Assembly: GCF_006345805.1 (NCBI RefSeq)
Contig: NC_043009.1
Coordinates: 56,110,001-56,174,000 of the forward strand
DNA length: 64,000 nt
Direction of reading: 5' to 3'
Source: Octopus sinensis
Lineage: Eukaryota
Made by a program: the position numbers and the translations under genes. Of this stretch, positions 53,067 to 64,000 are shown piece by piece. Each line of letters opens with the position of its first letter. The first letter of the stretch is position 1. The notes beneath the pieces are model-generated. The model saw only the letters and a program-made list of their open reading frames with translations, was not told the DNA's origin and made no database searches.

Positions 53067-53069
53067 CAT
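53067..53069 (-). CDS. POMP: Probable POMP exon 1 coding part (ATG only)
   Basis: Minus strand reads aacaacaATG|gtgagt (A at -3, consensus donor). It sits next to the only CpG-rich promoter-like region upstream of exon 2, and exon 2 lacks a start and needs a phase-0 partner. Confidence 0.7.
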
Positions 53070-53180
53070 TGTTGTTATTCAACTTTCTGCACATTCACGC
53101 TTTAGCAATGGCAACATTTCCTCTTCCGGTTATGTAGAGCACGTGACTGAAGGTGGGCGGAGTTAAGTCCAATTGGGCAA
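53070..53180 (-). promoter_or_regulatory. 5' UTR and housekeeping-type promoter (probable POMP promoter)
   Basis: ETS site CCGGAAG (53123-53129, minus), E-box CACGTG (53140-53145), GC box GGGCGG (53155-53160), CCAAT/ATTGG palindrome (53169-53176) and RFX half-site ATGGCAAC (53108-53115), all in a CpG-retaining region. Confidence 0.65.
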
Positions 53181-56100
53181 ACATGAGTTTGAACAACTTT
53201 CAGATTCCAGTAGCTCGTTTCTTTTTCTACCTGAATACGGGAAATAATTTTTTTGAATGAATTCCATTCTAAGAAATGACTGTATTTATCAAAAGAAATT
53301 TTATCTTAATTTTTTTTTATTTAGTGTAACTAACCGAGGTTAATGTTTACATGGAAAAGAAAAAAAACTAATTCAAAATTATTTTCAAGGGAGTGTGATT
53401 AATTGAAGTAATTCTCAGCCAAACTTAAAAAGTTTGGACACAACTTTTCTTTTCTATGAAAGACCATTTAAAAGAGAAAAATCTGACCTAGACTGTAGTC
53501 GATGGATGATAACATTATGTTCCAGCATTCTCATATTTTATAACGAAAAAAAAAAAGAAAAAGATTTTTTTCTAACCACCTGCGTGTCCTCGAAAGGAAG
53601 AAAAGAAGACTTTCCACTAACAAGTGGTTGAAAATGGTGACCTTTTGATATCTCACATTCTGGGAATATTTCATATGAATTCCATATTAATGAATTTTAC
53701 TAAAAAGGAAAACAGGAAAATATAATTATCGCAGTAATAATAACTCTCCAAAGAGTTACAACTTTAAGTTTACCTCTTTTTTTTTTTTTTGATTGAATAA
53801 TTCATTCCAATTGATGTTTAATGCGTTTTATCTGGACATTGGTCATACAAAATGTGTCGCCTCCAACCATACACTACCTCATGGAATTTATTATACACTA
53901 GGATCTCTTATTTTACAACGTGTCTCTTGATTTTACCGCTAGCTTCTGCATTTTGGTCTAACGGTAATAAAGGTAAGTGAAAGAAGCTATTATTTTTATC
54001 ATCATCATCATCGTCGTCATCATTAGTTTACGTCCAATAATGTTCTAAGTTCAAATCCTGCCGAAGTCATTTTCTCGTTAAATCTTTCGGAGTCGCTATT
54101 AGTACTGGATCGATTTAATCGATTATACTCTTCCCCAAATTTTTGGTTCTTATGCAAATGTTAGAAATGGTTATTATCGTTAAGATAGAAGAAGATTGGC
54201 AGAAATCGATAGAGTCTGCTTCCCGTCTCTCTACACTCTGAGTTGAAATACTACCGAGATTAAATTCATCTTTTGTCCTGCCAGGGTCGATAGAATTAAT
54301 GATCAGTCAAGTTTTGAGATCCGTACAATAGACTGTTCTGCTCCCACTAAATGTGTAGCCGTTTGCTTAGGTTGGAAACCAAAACCAGAGAACAGCTGGA
54401 AGGGGCACTAGCCCTTGGGAGTAGGATAATTTTTGGATCTGAGAGGGGAGACCTTACTGGCATGTCTCATTTTATTCCTTTTAAATACCTTCGTTTTCCA
54501 TGCCTATTCTTTTTTGGTAATTTGAACCTTGGCATTTAACAAGTATGCAAGTCAAGGCGAAAGATCGCCTGAATCTTCGAGAGCCCACACCGTTTTCGTA
54601 ATTATTTCTTGTAATGTCCCGCATCCATCGCCCTTGTGGCAATAATAAAGACGTTCTTTACCTTCAAGAGTCCGAAACCCGCCTAAATCGACTTTACCTT
54701 TCGTCCTTTCGGGGTCGATAAATCAAGTACCAATTGAGCACTGATCGACTATCCCCCCTCCCCACAAATTCTAGGCCTTGTGTCTAGAGTAGAAAGGGCG
54801 AAAAGAAATTCTTATTACAAGTGCTATGAAGTGGCAGAATCTGTCGCATCATGCTTAATGACATTCTGACGCATTCCTTTACGCTCTTAAGTTCAAATCC
54901 CGCCCAGGTCTACTTGGATTAAACTCGATGTCCTCTCCGCCGCCACCACTAGAATCACCAAAATTGGGGGGGAAATAACGCACAGTCTTGTGCCTTAGCT
55001 AGTAAACTGTTATTTACTGAGGTATGTGCAATCTACTATATTTACTAGCAACATAATTAGAAGCGACTTCGACTAAGAATGAAATCGCGTTGTTTCTAAG
55101 CTAATTCCTAGCTAATGCAGGGCTCAGCATGTCTATCTAAAATCAGTATTTTGATTAAACACAAGGTGAGAGTTTTGTATGGGATAATAACAGTCGATTT
55201 TATCGATATTGTTTATTATAGGTACTTACTAAACGCGGTTTTAATTCATTTCGATCCTATGGTATTCAAAAAATGTAGTCAGCATTCTACCATCTGAACG
55301 TCACCACCCTGGTATCAATAGTGATGATTTCATTATTTTCCACAATGGAACATTAATACAAAATATAGCCACTGTTGATGGTGGACATATATAAGTGTTA
55401 TTTTTATACGACATCAGCTTTATTTTTAATCTTTTCTATTTACAGAAAGAGTGTATTTTATGCTTGGGTAAACATTCTCGTGGGACCCTGCAAATACGAG
55501 CATACAAGAGAACATCTATGTGGTCGTTCGACCCACTAGAAAAAGCAGCCAAATCTCCAAAATCACACCTTGCCGTCTAAATAAGGGATACATTGGATTA
55601 TAAGTGTCCGGATTCGCTGCAAATAGTAAGAAGTATTCCAGTCGTGACCTGGAATACTTTTAATTATATGTCTGCTTCACCAGGGATGATCGGGAGCTGA
55701 ACAACAAGGCATAACTACAGATTGGCGCCCCTCTCTGTCTTCGATCTTGTTTGCCCATAATGTTATGAAAAATGCTTATTCATAAATGAAATTTTGCTGG
55801 TATATGTTATCGAGCGTGTAGATTATGTATGTACTCATAAAATTTAGGGAAAAGAAAAATTTTCCCGTGGAGTTTCAGATCAAATTCCTCGACGACCTCC
55901 CCCTCCTGGTATTTTCACTTTTTTTTTTTTTTTTTTTCAAATTTATGTATTTGAAACGTCAACACTACGAAATTTAAACTCTCATAAACCTATCTCTGCA
56001 AAGTTCAATCTAAAAATATGCATCTTCAAGAATTCTAAGGAAGCCAAGTTGAATGGGAGAGCTGACTGATCAAAAACTATTTCAAAAATTTTTTGAAGTT

Positions 56101-56428
56101 GTCTGTATAATCGTACATTACAACCTCACAACGTACTCTACATAATGATCATACATTTCTCAGAAAGTTATGAGGAAACAACGAGGTCACCTGTGCGACA
56201 CAAACCATGATTATGCCAACAATAGCAACAACAGGTCTAAAGATAACTCATAAAGCCTGCCTTTCACAGGCAAAAATTAACTGCTTACACACTCTCTTTA
56301 AGAGATTTGTGTATGTATATATATATTTGTGTGTGTGTATATATATATTTGTATAAACCATTGAGTTCTCTCGGAATCCCACTTCTCTTAATCATTTAAT
56401 AAAATTCTTAGGTATATGTGCGCTTGTG

Positions 56429-56429
<1 letters not shown>

Positions 56430-56481
<52 letters not shown>

Positions 56482-56508
56482 GAAGGGCTGAATGTGTGTG
56501 TGTGTGTG

Positions 56509-56539
<31 letters not shown>

Positions 56540-56580
56540 GTGTGTGTGTATGCGCACGTGTTTATATGTGTGTGTATATC
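56430..56580. repeat. Compound (TA)n/(TG)n microsatellite
   Basis: Direct reading. It is the source of the spurious IY/CV-repeat ORFs. Confidence 0.95.
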
Positions 56581-57100
56581 TTTGTTTTTGTCCCCCATAC
56601 CGCTTGACAACAGGTGTTCGTGTGTTTACGTCCCCGTAAATTAGCGGTTCGGCAAAAGAAATATATATACACACACACATACACAGTATCATGTTTTACT
56701 TATTTCAGTCTTTAAACTGCGGCCATGCTTGGACACCACCTTAAAGAGATTTAGTTGGACGATCGACCCCAGTATTGTTTTTTAAAGCCTAGTACTTATT
56801 CTATCGGTTCGTTTTGCCGAACCACTAAGTTACACCGGTTGTCAAATGGCGAAAGGAGGGGGACAAAGACGCACATTAACACATATGCGCACACACAAAT
56901 ACTTAATATTTTGGACTGATGGGTATATGTCGATTAGTATAGTGAAGTGTTTAGTAGAGCACTGGTACAGTTTGGGTACCTGGTGTCATCCGCAGTCGGG
57001 GTATATTTCCGTTGGATCTACTTCCGAAACTCCACAGTGTTAGTTAAGATAGTAATAATAATTTCTTAATTATTATGTGTAGGAATGGGTGTGTGCATAT

Positions 57101-57270
57101 GCGTAGGAGTGGCTGTGTGTTATGTAGCTTGCTTACGAACCACATGGTTCCGGGTTCAGTCCCACTTCGTGGCACCTTGGGTAAGTGTCTTCTACTATAG
57201 CTTCGGGCAGACCAAAGCCTTGTGAATGGATTTGGTAGACGGAAATTGAAAGAAGCCCGTCGTGTATATC

Positions 57271-57305
<35 letters not shown>

Positions 57306-57480
57306 CCCCCCCCCAACATCGCTTGACAACCGATGCTGATGTGTTTACACCCCCGTAAAATTAGTGGTTCGGCAAAAGGGGCCGATAGAATAAGTACTAG
57401 GCTTACAAAGAATAAGTCCTGAAGGCGGTGCTCCAGCATGGCCACAGTCACATGACTGAAACAAGTAAAAGAGTAAGGAG
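57101..57480 (+). mobile_element. CORE-like SINE, fairly young
   Basis: Same architecture as 44258-44672 with a small internal deletion. Confidence 0.85.
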
Positions 57481-57883
57481 AAGATGGATTTGGTATCAAT
57501 CTTTATTTTAGTACAATGGTCGTTTCCACCCATCTTGCAACTGTCCCTTACAGGTGGGACTCCTTTCAACGTATTGTGTTGCATCAGTTTTGCAGTCTGG
57601 GTCTCATCAGGTACATCCATACATAAATTTATTTTCTTGCTAAAGATCCTGAGTTTTGGTTGTCATGTTGCTGTATGCCCATCTGGTTAGGGTATGAAAC
57701 ATTGCTGCAATTTTCAATTATTATTATCTTCCTATAATAAGAGTTGCAAACACTTGGAAATATAGACAAATAATTGTTGATAAAAAAAAAAATTTGTAGG
57801 GTAGGTTAATAGATGGACAGGGATGGATTGAGTTACATTGGGTTTAAGACAGGGGAATGGTACTAAAAGGGAGAGATATATAT

Positions 57884-58290
57884 GCGCAGGAGTGGCTGTG
57901 TGGTAAGTAGCTTGCTAACCAACCACATGGTTCCGGGTTCAGTCCCACTGCATGGCATCTTGGGCAAGTGTCTTCTGCTATAGCCCTGGGCCGACCAATG
58001 CCTCGTGAGTGGATTTGGTAGACGGAAACTGAAAGAAGCCTGTTGTATATATCGATATATATGTATATGTATGTGTGTGTTTATGTGTCTGTGTTTGTCC
58101 CCCTAGCATTGCTTGACAACCGATGCTGGTGTGTTTATGTCCCCGTCACTTAGCGGTTCGGCAAAAGAGACCGATAGAATAAGTACTGGGCTTACAAAGA
58201 ATAAGTCCCGGGGTCGATTTGCTCGACTAAAGGTGGTGCTCCAGCATGGCCGCAGTCAAAATGACTGAAACAAGTAAAAGCATAAAAAGA
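57884..58290 (+). mobile_element. Young full-length CORE-like SINE
   Basis: Near-identical to 44258-44672 and 24271-24698. Confidence 0.9.
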
Positions 58291-58439
58291 GAGTATGCAA
58301 GTTGTAATGTCTAGGGGATGAAAGGTTGTTTAACTAGCTAGCTTAGATCAGGATGCATATGCACACACACTTTCGCTCGTACAAAATAAAGATTGATACC
58401 AAATCCATCTTCCGTTATTTAAGAAATTATTATATATAT

Positions 58440-58648
58440 ATTATTGTGGGGTGGGCCAGTTTATGGGGTTACCCTAGGTTTCTTGCTCATAAGGCGTATC
58501 TGCAGACCCCAAACACTGCTGGCCAAAGACCTTTAAAATATTTTGAAGAGGTCTCAAGCCAGCAGCGTTCAGGGTCTGGAGATACGCCATAAGGTGTATG
58601 AGCAAGAAACCCAGGGTGACCCCATAAACCGCCCTGCCCCACTATAAT
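58440..58648. mobile_element. Foldback (hairpin) MITE
   Basis: Two ~105-bp arms (attattgtgggg..tttatggggttaccctaggtttcttgctcata / tatgagcaagaaacccagggtgaccccataaa..ccccactataat) meeting at palindrome aaaatatttt (58535-58544), in TA-rich flanks. Confidence 0.8.
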
Positions 58649-58949
58649 ATTAATAGCCCTACATCTTGGAGTGTTCTCCTCCTCCGGATTTATGTATTTT
58701 GACAAACGAAGCTATATATATGTATGATGGGCTTCTTTCAGTTTTCATCTTCCAAATCCACTCACAAGGCTTTGGTTGGCCCAAGATTATAATGGAAGAC
58801 ACTAGCCTAAAGTGCCACACAATGGAACTGAACCCAAAGTTGCGGTTGGGAAGCAAACTTTTTATACGCAGTTACATAAATATAATGTGTCAAAAACATG
58901 CACATGTATATATAAATAGATGTGTGTATGTATCTATATATATATATAA

Positions 58950-59103
58950 TTTGAAACTGACTTAAAAATCGGAAATCCACCTGAAGATTGTCGATCAAGA
59001 CATGAAACAATTGTAGTGGCGGTTTTTTTACTTTTTATTAAAATTTTATGTATTGATTAAGTCTTTCCTTGTTTGTTTTGCAAAATAGTGGTTTTGTCTC
59101 TAA

Positions 59104-59141
<38 letters not shown>

Positions 59142-59950
59142 CAATCTTACTTAGAAATGGATGCGTGCATTCCGTCATATAATAAATTAATAAATAAAAC
59201 ATATGCATATATACATACATATATGTACGTACCTACCTCTACATGTATATATACATGCATATATGGGTACAGGACACCAAAAAAACGTCGAACACAATGA
59301 GAAACGAAAACATAAACACAAAACCAAGGAACTGGACATTTTTCTGAAACAACAAAAATAGAGTACAGAACAAATAACACAAGGAAAATTCCCATTCTTC
59401 AGTCGCCATGGTTTCATCTACTCTGCGTTTCGAAGGTGAAGATATATATATACTCATTACAGATATAGGGTAAAGAATTATCAATTTAATAATTAATAAT
59501 AAATTTTACCAAGTAGTTTCAGTATTGGAAAAAAAACCATTATCAGTAAAAACTTGTACAAAAAGTTTTTTTTATATATAATTAAGGGTTTAGCAACAAG
59601 TTGCTTCACCACGTACTGAAAATTTAGAAATAGCAGCCAAAGACAGCTAATTCATTTTCACTACAGGTATAACTCCACAGATAACACTATTTGTAACTCA
59701 CATAGGCAAAAAGAAGGAAAAAATAATTAAATCAAACAGTCTTCATTTAATTATGAACGCGTTTCTGGATTAGAATTATAAAAATTCATTTCCTTCATCA
59801 ACATGATATTTCAAAAATTATAAATTTGAAAATGCTAAAAGAAAACCTATCCCTTGCATCTTCGACCAAGTTTTTTTTCGGTATGTGGTGAAGCAACTTG
59901 TTGCTAAACCCTTATATTTATATATATATATATTAATTATAAACCGCCGG
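58950..59950. mobile_element. Cluster of probable Penelope-like pLTR fragments
   Basis: Contains a hammerhead motif, a tcgaaacg motif and a 30-bp inverted repeat, embedded in TA/CA microsatellites. No coding remnant seen. Confidence 0.45.
58977..59019 (+). ncRNA. Minimal type I hammerhead ribozyme with intact catalytic core
   Basis: ccac CUGAAGA u UGUC-gaucaa-GACA u GAAA C aauu GU A gugg: stem I ccac/gugg, 4-bp stem II, palindromic stem III ACAAUUGU, predicted GUA cleavage after 59015. Confidence 0.75.
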
Positions 59951-60254
59951 TCTGCGAGTAATTCTTGTTTTTTATATAATTTTCATCTGTCTTGTCCGCA
60001 TATTGTTCTGGTGTCTGCTGAATTTTTCTCTAGAGAACATTTTTTTATTTGTAGTTTGATCGTTGGTGATCTACTTCTAGCATACGGCTGACCACTTAGT
60101 GTTTTTTTAGCCCTTTAAATATACACATGTATTAGAATTTTCTCTGATTTTTCAGATTTTTGTATGCTAGGCTACAGGTTTTAAATTGATATTAATTAAA
60201 TTAATATTCAATTTATCTCTCTCATTATTTAGATGTTTTATATATATATATATC

Positions 60255-60437
60255 TCATCATCATCATCATTTAGCGTCCGCTTTCCATGCTAGCATGGGT
60301 TGGACGGTTCAACTGGGGTCTGTGAAGCCAGAAGGCTGCATCAGGCCCAGTCTGATCTGGCAGTGTTTCTATGGCTGGATGCCCTTCCTAATGCCAATCA
60401 CTCCGTGAGTGTAGTGGGTGCTTTTTACGTGCCACCC
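60255..60437 (-). mobile_element. RTE 3'-tail short repeat (CAT-tailed)
   Basis: (cat)n ttagcgtccgctttccatgctagcatgggttggacgg..ctggatgcccttccta. Near-identical subfamily copies at 31043-31168 and 41390-41570 (plus); older copies at 620, 13150, 23531, 25840, 36380 and 47996. Confidence 0.85.
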
Positions 60438-61320
60438 ATATATATATATATAGAGAGAGAGAGAGGTGTCATCATCATTTAATATCCATATTCCATGCTG
60501 ACATGGGTTGGATGGTTGAATAGCATCTGAGAGGTCCAAGGACTACATTGTGCTACAGAGCCTGATTTGGCATGGTTTCAGTGGCGGGGTGCCCTTCATA
60601 ATGCCAACCACTTTACAGAGTACTGATTGCTAGAGTTTTGTGACACCAACACTTGAGATTTTGTCATGTAGATGCCCTTTGCCTGAGTGCAGCTGAAATA
60701 GAGCGGAAAATGCATAATAGAACTGTGAAAGGGAATGAATAATGTGAAAATGAATACAGAATTTACCAAGAATGGGATTGTGGAACATTCTACGTTTTTC
60801 TCAAATGAATTGATTGTGTGTATAAGACTTTTTCACTTCCAAGCATTATACTAATACATCTATTTGTTGTCTACACCACCTGTCTTTGTCTTTTTTTTTT
60901 GTGAATTCTCCGTATATACATATATACATCAGGTATCTTATAGTTTCCAACTACCAAATCCACACACAAGGCTTTGGTCAGCCCAAGGCCTTAGTAGAAG
61001 ACACTTACTCTAGGTGCCACTCAGTGAGACTGAACCTAAAACCATGTGGTTGGGAAGCAAGCTTCTTACCACACAGCTATGCCTATCATCCTCATCATTT
61101 AACATCCGTTTTCCATGCTGGCATGGGTGGGTTGGTTTAACAGGGGCTGGCAAGGACAAGGACCACACCAGGTTCCATAGTCTGTTTTGGTTTGATTTCT
61201 ACAGCTGGATGCCCTTCCTAATGCCAACCACTTTACAGAGTGTAGTGGGTCTTCTTTTACATGGCATTCTCACCAGGTTTGGTGGTGCCAACAGGAAAAC
61301 AGAACTCAAAGCATAAGTAT

Positions 61321-61718
61321 ATTCTTTACTCTTACTCTTTTACTTGTTTCAGTCATTTGACTGTGGCCATGCTGGAGCACCACCTTTAGTCGAGCAAATC
61401 GACCCCAGGACTTATTCTTCGTAAGCCTTACTCTATCAGTCTTTTTACTGGACCACTAAGTTACGGGGACGTAAACACACCAGCATCGGTTGTCAAGCAA
61501 TGCTGAGTGTAGCAAACACAGACACACAAAGATATACACACACATACATATGTATACATATATATGACTGGCTTCTTTCAGTTTCCATCTACCAAATTCA
61601 CTCATAAGGCTTTGGTCAGGCCAAGGCTATAGTAGAAGACACTTGTCCAAGGTGCCACACAGTGGGAATGAACCCGGAACCATGTGGTTGGTAAGCAAGC
61701 TACTTACCACACAGCCAC
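61321..61718 (-). mobile_element. CORE-like SINE
   Basis: Tail cttttacttgtttcagtcatttgactgtggcc and head ccatgtggttggtaagcaagctacttaccacacagccac. Confidence 0.85.
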
Positions 61719-62183
61719 TTTTATTAGGATCTTTTCTGTTTGGCTGCCACTTTTCAATTTCAATTTTTGTTCCAATTGATTTCATAATTGGTGTCTTCGT
61801 GTAGTTTTGTATGATAATCATTAACATGAAATACATTTTCGCAATAAATCAATAAATAAAGAGTTAATAGCTTTTAAAGTTTACATATTTTGGGTAATTT
61901 TAGCCAAACAAAAGTCACAGGCATACAGGTGCCTGTCTCCTTCTGTTGTGGTTCTGTCAATCCATGCTGTCATTTTTCACTTATTAAATGCTTAAAACAC
62001 GAGGTATTGTATGTTCGTGAGATGTGCTAAAAATAACAGCTAAATAGGCCTTAAATCACACACCAAAAAATTTCTTTTCTGTTTTTGCATTAACTTATGA
62101 ATTCCCCTGTGCAGAATACAAATTCTCAAAAATTTTCTGAAAATTCCAAAAAGCAGAATTCCACCAATATTTCATTTGTTTAT

Positions 62184-62393
62184 AGTTGACAACACCTGTT
62201 GTCATGCACAAAATGACAACATTCAAATCCTGTTTTCTGATTGGGTAAAAAAATTATCAAACTTTAGAAGAATATTGGTCCAAATTTGAGGACAACCTAT
62301 ATCTGATTCTAAGGGCCTGTCATGCCAAGTTTGAATGTGATTGGTTAACTGGTTTTTGCGTGCATTGGTAACAAACAGAAAAACAAGCAATTT

Positions 62394-62431
<38 letters not shown>

Positions 62432-62437
62432 TAGATA
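62184..62437 (+). mobile_element. Short Helentron-like element
   Basis: 5' hairpin ttgtcat-gcacaaa-atgacaa and 3' acaaacagaaaaacaagcaattttatatata..atagat. Confidence 0.45.
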
Positions 62438-63020
62438 GCAGACAGACAAAGATATGCTTTTATTTATCGCTGTTATTTATTCATTTATTTTTTCATCTGA
62501 TATTTAATGCTAAGATGAGTTGGATGGGAAGTTCTTTGAGGTAGGATTATACAGCCAGATGTTCTTGTCGTCCACTAACATTTTTGCTGTTCCAGTGGTC
62601 TTGAAAAGCTCAGAGCAACTAATATTAATGTTAACAAGGAATGTGAACATAAACTCTTTTTCACAAATGTGCTTATAAATATGGAATATCAACATTCATA
62701 CACACTCACATCACTTGTTACATTAATATAGAGGAGAAGTGATGGCTTTCTCTAGCTACTTTATTTGGTTGAATATATTATGATAATAGAAAGAAATTAG
62801 AAAGTAAAATGATTAATTACAAAAATGAAATAATAATTATATGAAATATTAGTGGAGAGAAAAGAAGTATGGCAGTGACTGATATATTAGAATGTATAGT
62901 ATGGCGAGATATCGATTATTCTTAGTAGTCACAGTTCAGTCATCAGTGAACAGACCTAAGATAAAGGGTGTTCCATTCGTGACTTATCATAGTTATTTGT
63001 GGTATATCATTATCCAATGT

Positions 63021-63298
63021 TTTATTGTGTCTGGGGAGAGTCATTCTCTTTTAGTGCCTTATTAATTTAACACGCTCTCTGATTTCCACTCATTTACTTA
63101 TTTATTTTTACTAAAGTTTTCTCTGCAACATGCAACCTTTTCAATAGTCGCTGACTTTATCCCGAGTCAGTGACTATTGAAAAGGCTGCAAGTCACAAAG
63201 AAAATTTTATTAAAAATAAATAAGTAAATGAGTGAAAATTGGAGATTGTGTTAAATTAATAAGGCACTAAAAGAGAATGACTCTCCCCAGACAATAAA
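63021..63298. mobile_element. Long foldback element (~135-bp arms)
   Basis: gtctggggagagtcattctcttttagtgccttattaatttaacac.. / ..gtgttaaattaataaggcactaaaagagaatgactctccccagac, with an 8-nt loop at 63157-63164. Confidence 0.85.
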
Positions 63299-63663
63299 AT
63301 ATGCTTTAACACACAAATTCACATAAAGAATCTTGCAAACCAAATATAAAAACGAAATTATCCAATGTATCCTTAATTTTTTTAAGATAGTAGAATGTCA
63401 TTAGCTCTCTCTCCCTAAGTCAACATTTTAATGACCTAAAGTTGATGAACCAACTAATGTGCTTCTCCATTTTCTTATTTGCAATATAAATTAATGGTAA
63501 AATATTTCTTTACCTTCACCCATTTAATACAATAGGTAAGTTAATTGCAATGCAATTAAAAACGCTTGTGTATTAATAATTGGATATTATACCAACAGTA
63601 TATTGGATAAATATTATCCCTTAGTGGGTTGGACCCACAACCCCTAACTTTCTTGTTATATAT

Positions 63664-63914
63664 ATGTCATCATCATCATCATCATCATCGTTTAACGTCC
63701 GTTTTCTGCGCTAGCACGGGTTGGACGGTTTCGACCGGGGTCTGGGGAGCTCGGGACTGCCCCAGGCTCCAGTCTAGTCTGGCAGTGTTTCTACAGCTGG
63801 ATGCCCTTCCTAACGCCAACCACCCCGCGAGTGTAGTGGGTGTTTTTTACGTGCCACCTGCACAGGTGCCAGAGGGGTCTGGCATCGGCCACGTTCGGAT
63901 GGTGCTTTTTATGT
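63664..63914 (-). mobile_element. Young RTE 3'-tail copy
   Basis: (cat)n tail, CpGs retained, includes two units of the RTE 3' UTR minisatellite. Confidence 0.85.
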
Positions 63915-64000
63915 GGGGGGGGGTGCAGAAATATAGGGGAGCACCAGTGGGGAGGGGTGGTTCAGAGAAATGATGACAGGTTCTAGGCAAGTAGAACGTA

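Noticed and set aside
57044-57499. 151-aa minus-strand ORF, and similar ORFs at 8974-9390, 24439-24702, 44235-44489 and 56392-56692
   Set aside because: They lie wholly in SINEs and microsatellites (THTH, IYIY and CVCV runs), and the same peptides recur at every SINE copy.
57575-57615. CUGAUGA motif on the minus strand
   Set aside because: It is followed by CAAAA instead of GAAA and has no convincing stems I or II. At most a decayed remnant.
59390-59446. GAAACG and CUGAAGA on the minus strand
   Set aside because: The order and pairing do not give stems I-III, so this is not a hammerhead as it stands.
63915-63957. Four G-runs (G-quadruplex candidate)
   Set aside because: Long loops, at a repeat junction at the window edge, with no functional context.

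Overview
AT-rich, repeat-dense animal genomic DNA, most likely from an octopus or other coleoid cephalopod. This is inferred from the SINE and RTE-LINE families, not from a database search. Two spliced genes converge. (1) POMP/UMP1 (proteasome maturation protein) lies on the minus strand: internal exons at 18329-18432, 16181-16241, 15653-15754 and 12053-12146, plus a probable ATG-only first exon at 53067-53069 beside a CpG-rich housekeeping-type promoter, implying a ~34.6 kb first intron. I could not locate its terminal coding exon. (2) The 3' part of a plus-strand gene I cannot name is built from up to eight short phase-compatible exons between 507 and 7487 and is mostly missed by the ORF track. 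The rest is transposon-derived: tRNA-headed CORE-like and Deu/Nin-like SINEs, RTE LINE fragments and their (CAT)n-tailed 3' ends, a Penelope-like GIY-YIG element, Helentron-like elements, TTAA-flanked and hAT-like MITEs, two long foldback elements and many microsatellites. The most unusual signals are three distinct minimal hammerhead-ribozyme motifs: one with an intact core, one degenerate in the Penelope element, and one forming the tail of a tRNA-headed SINE-like element. There is no CRISPR, rRNA or intact tRNA. No database comparison was possible, so novelty claims are hypotheses. Repeat boundaries are approximate.
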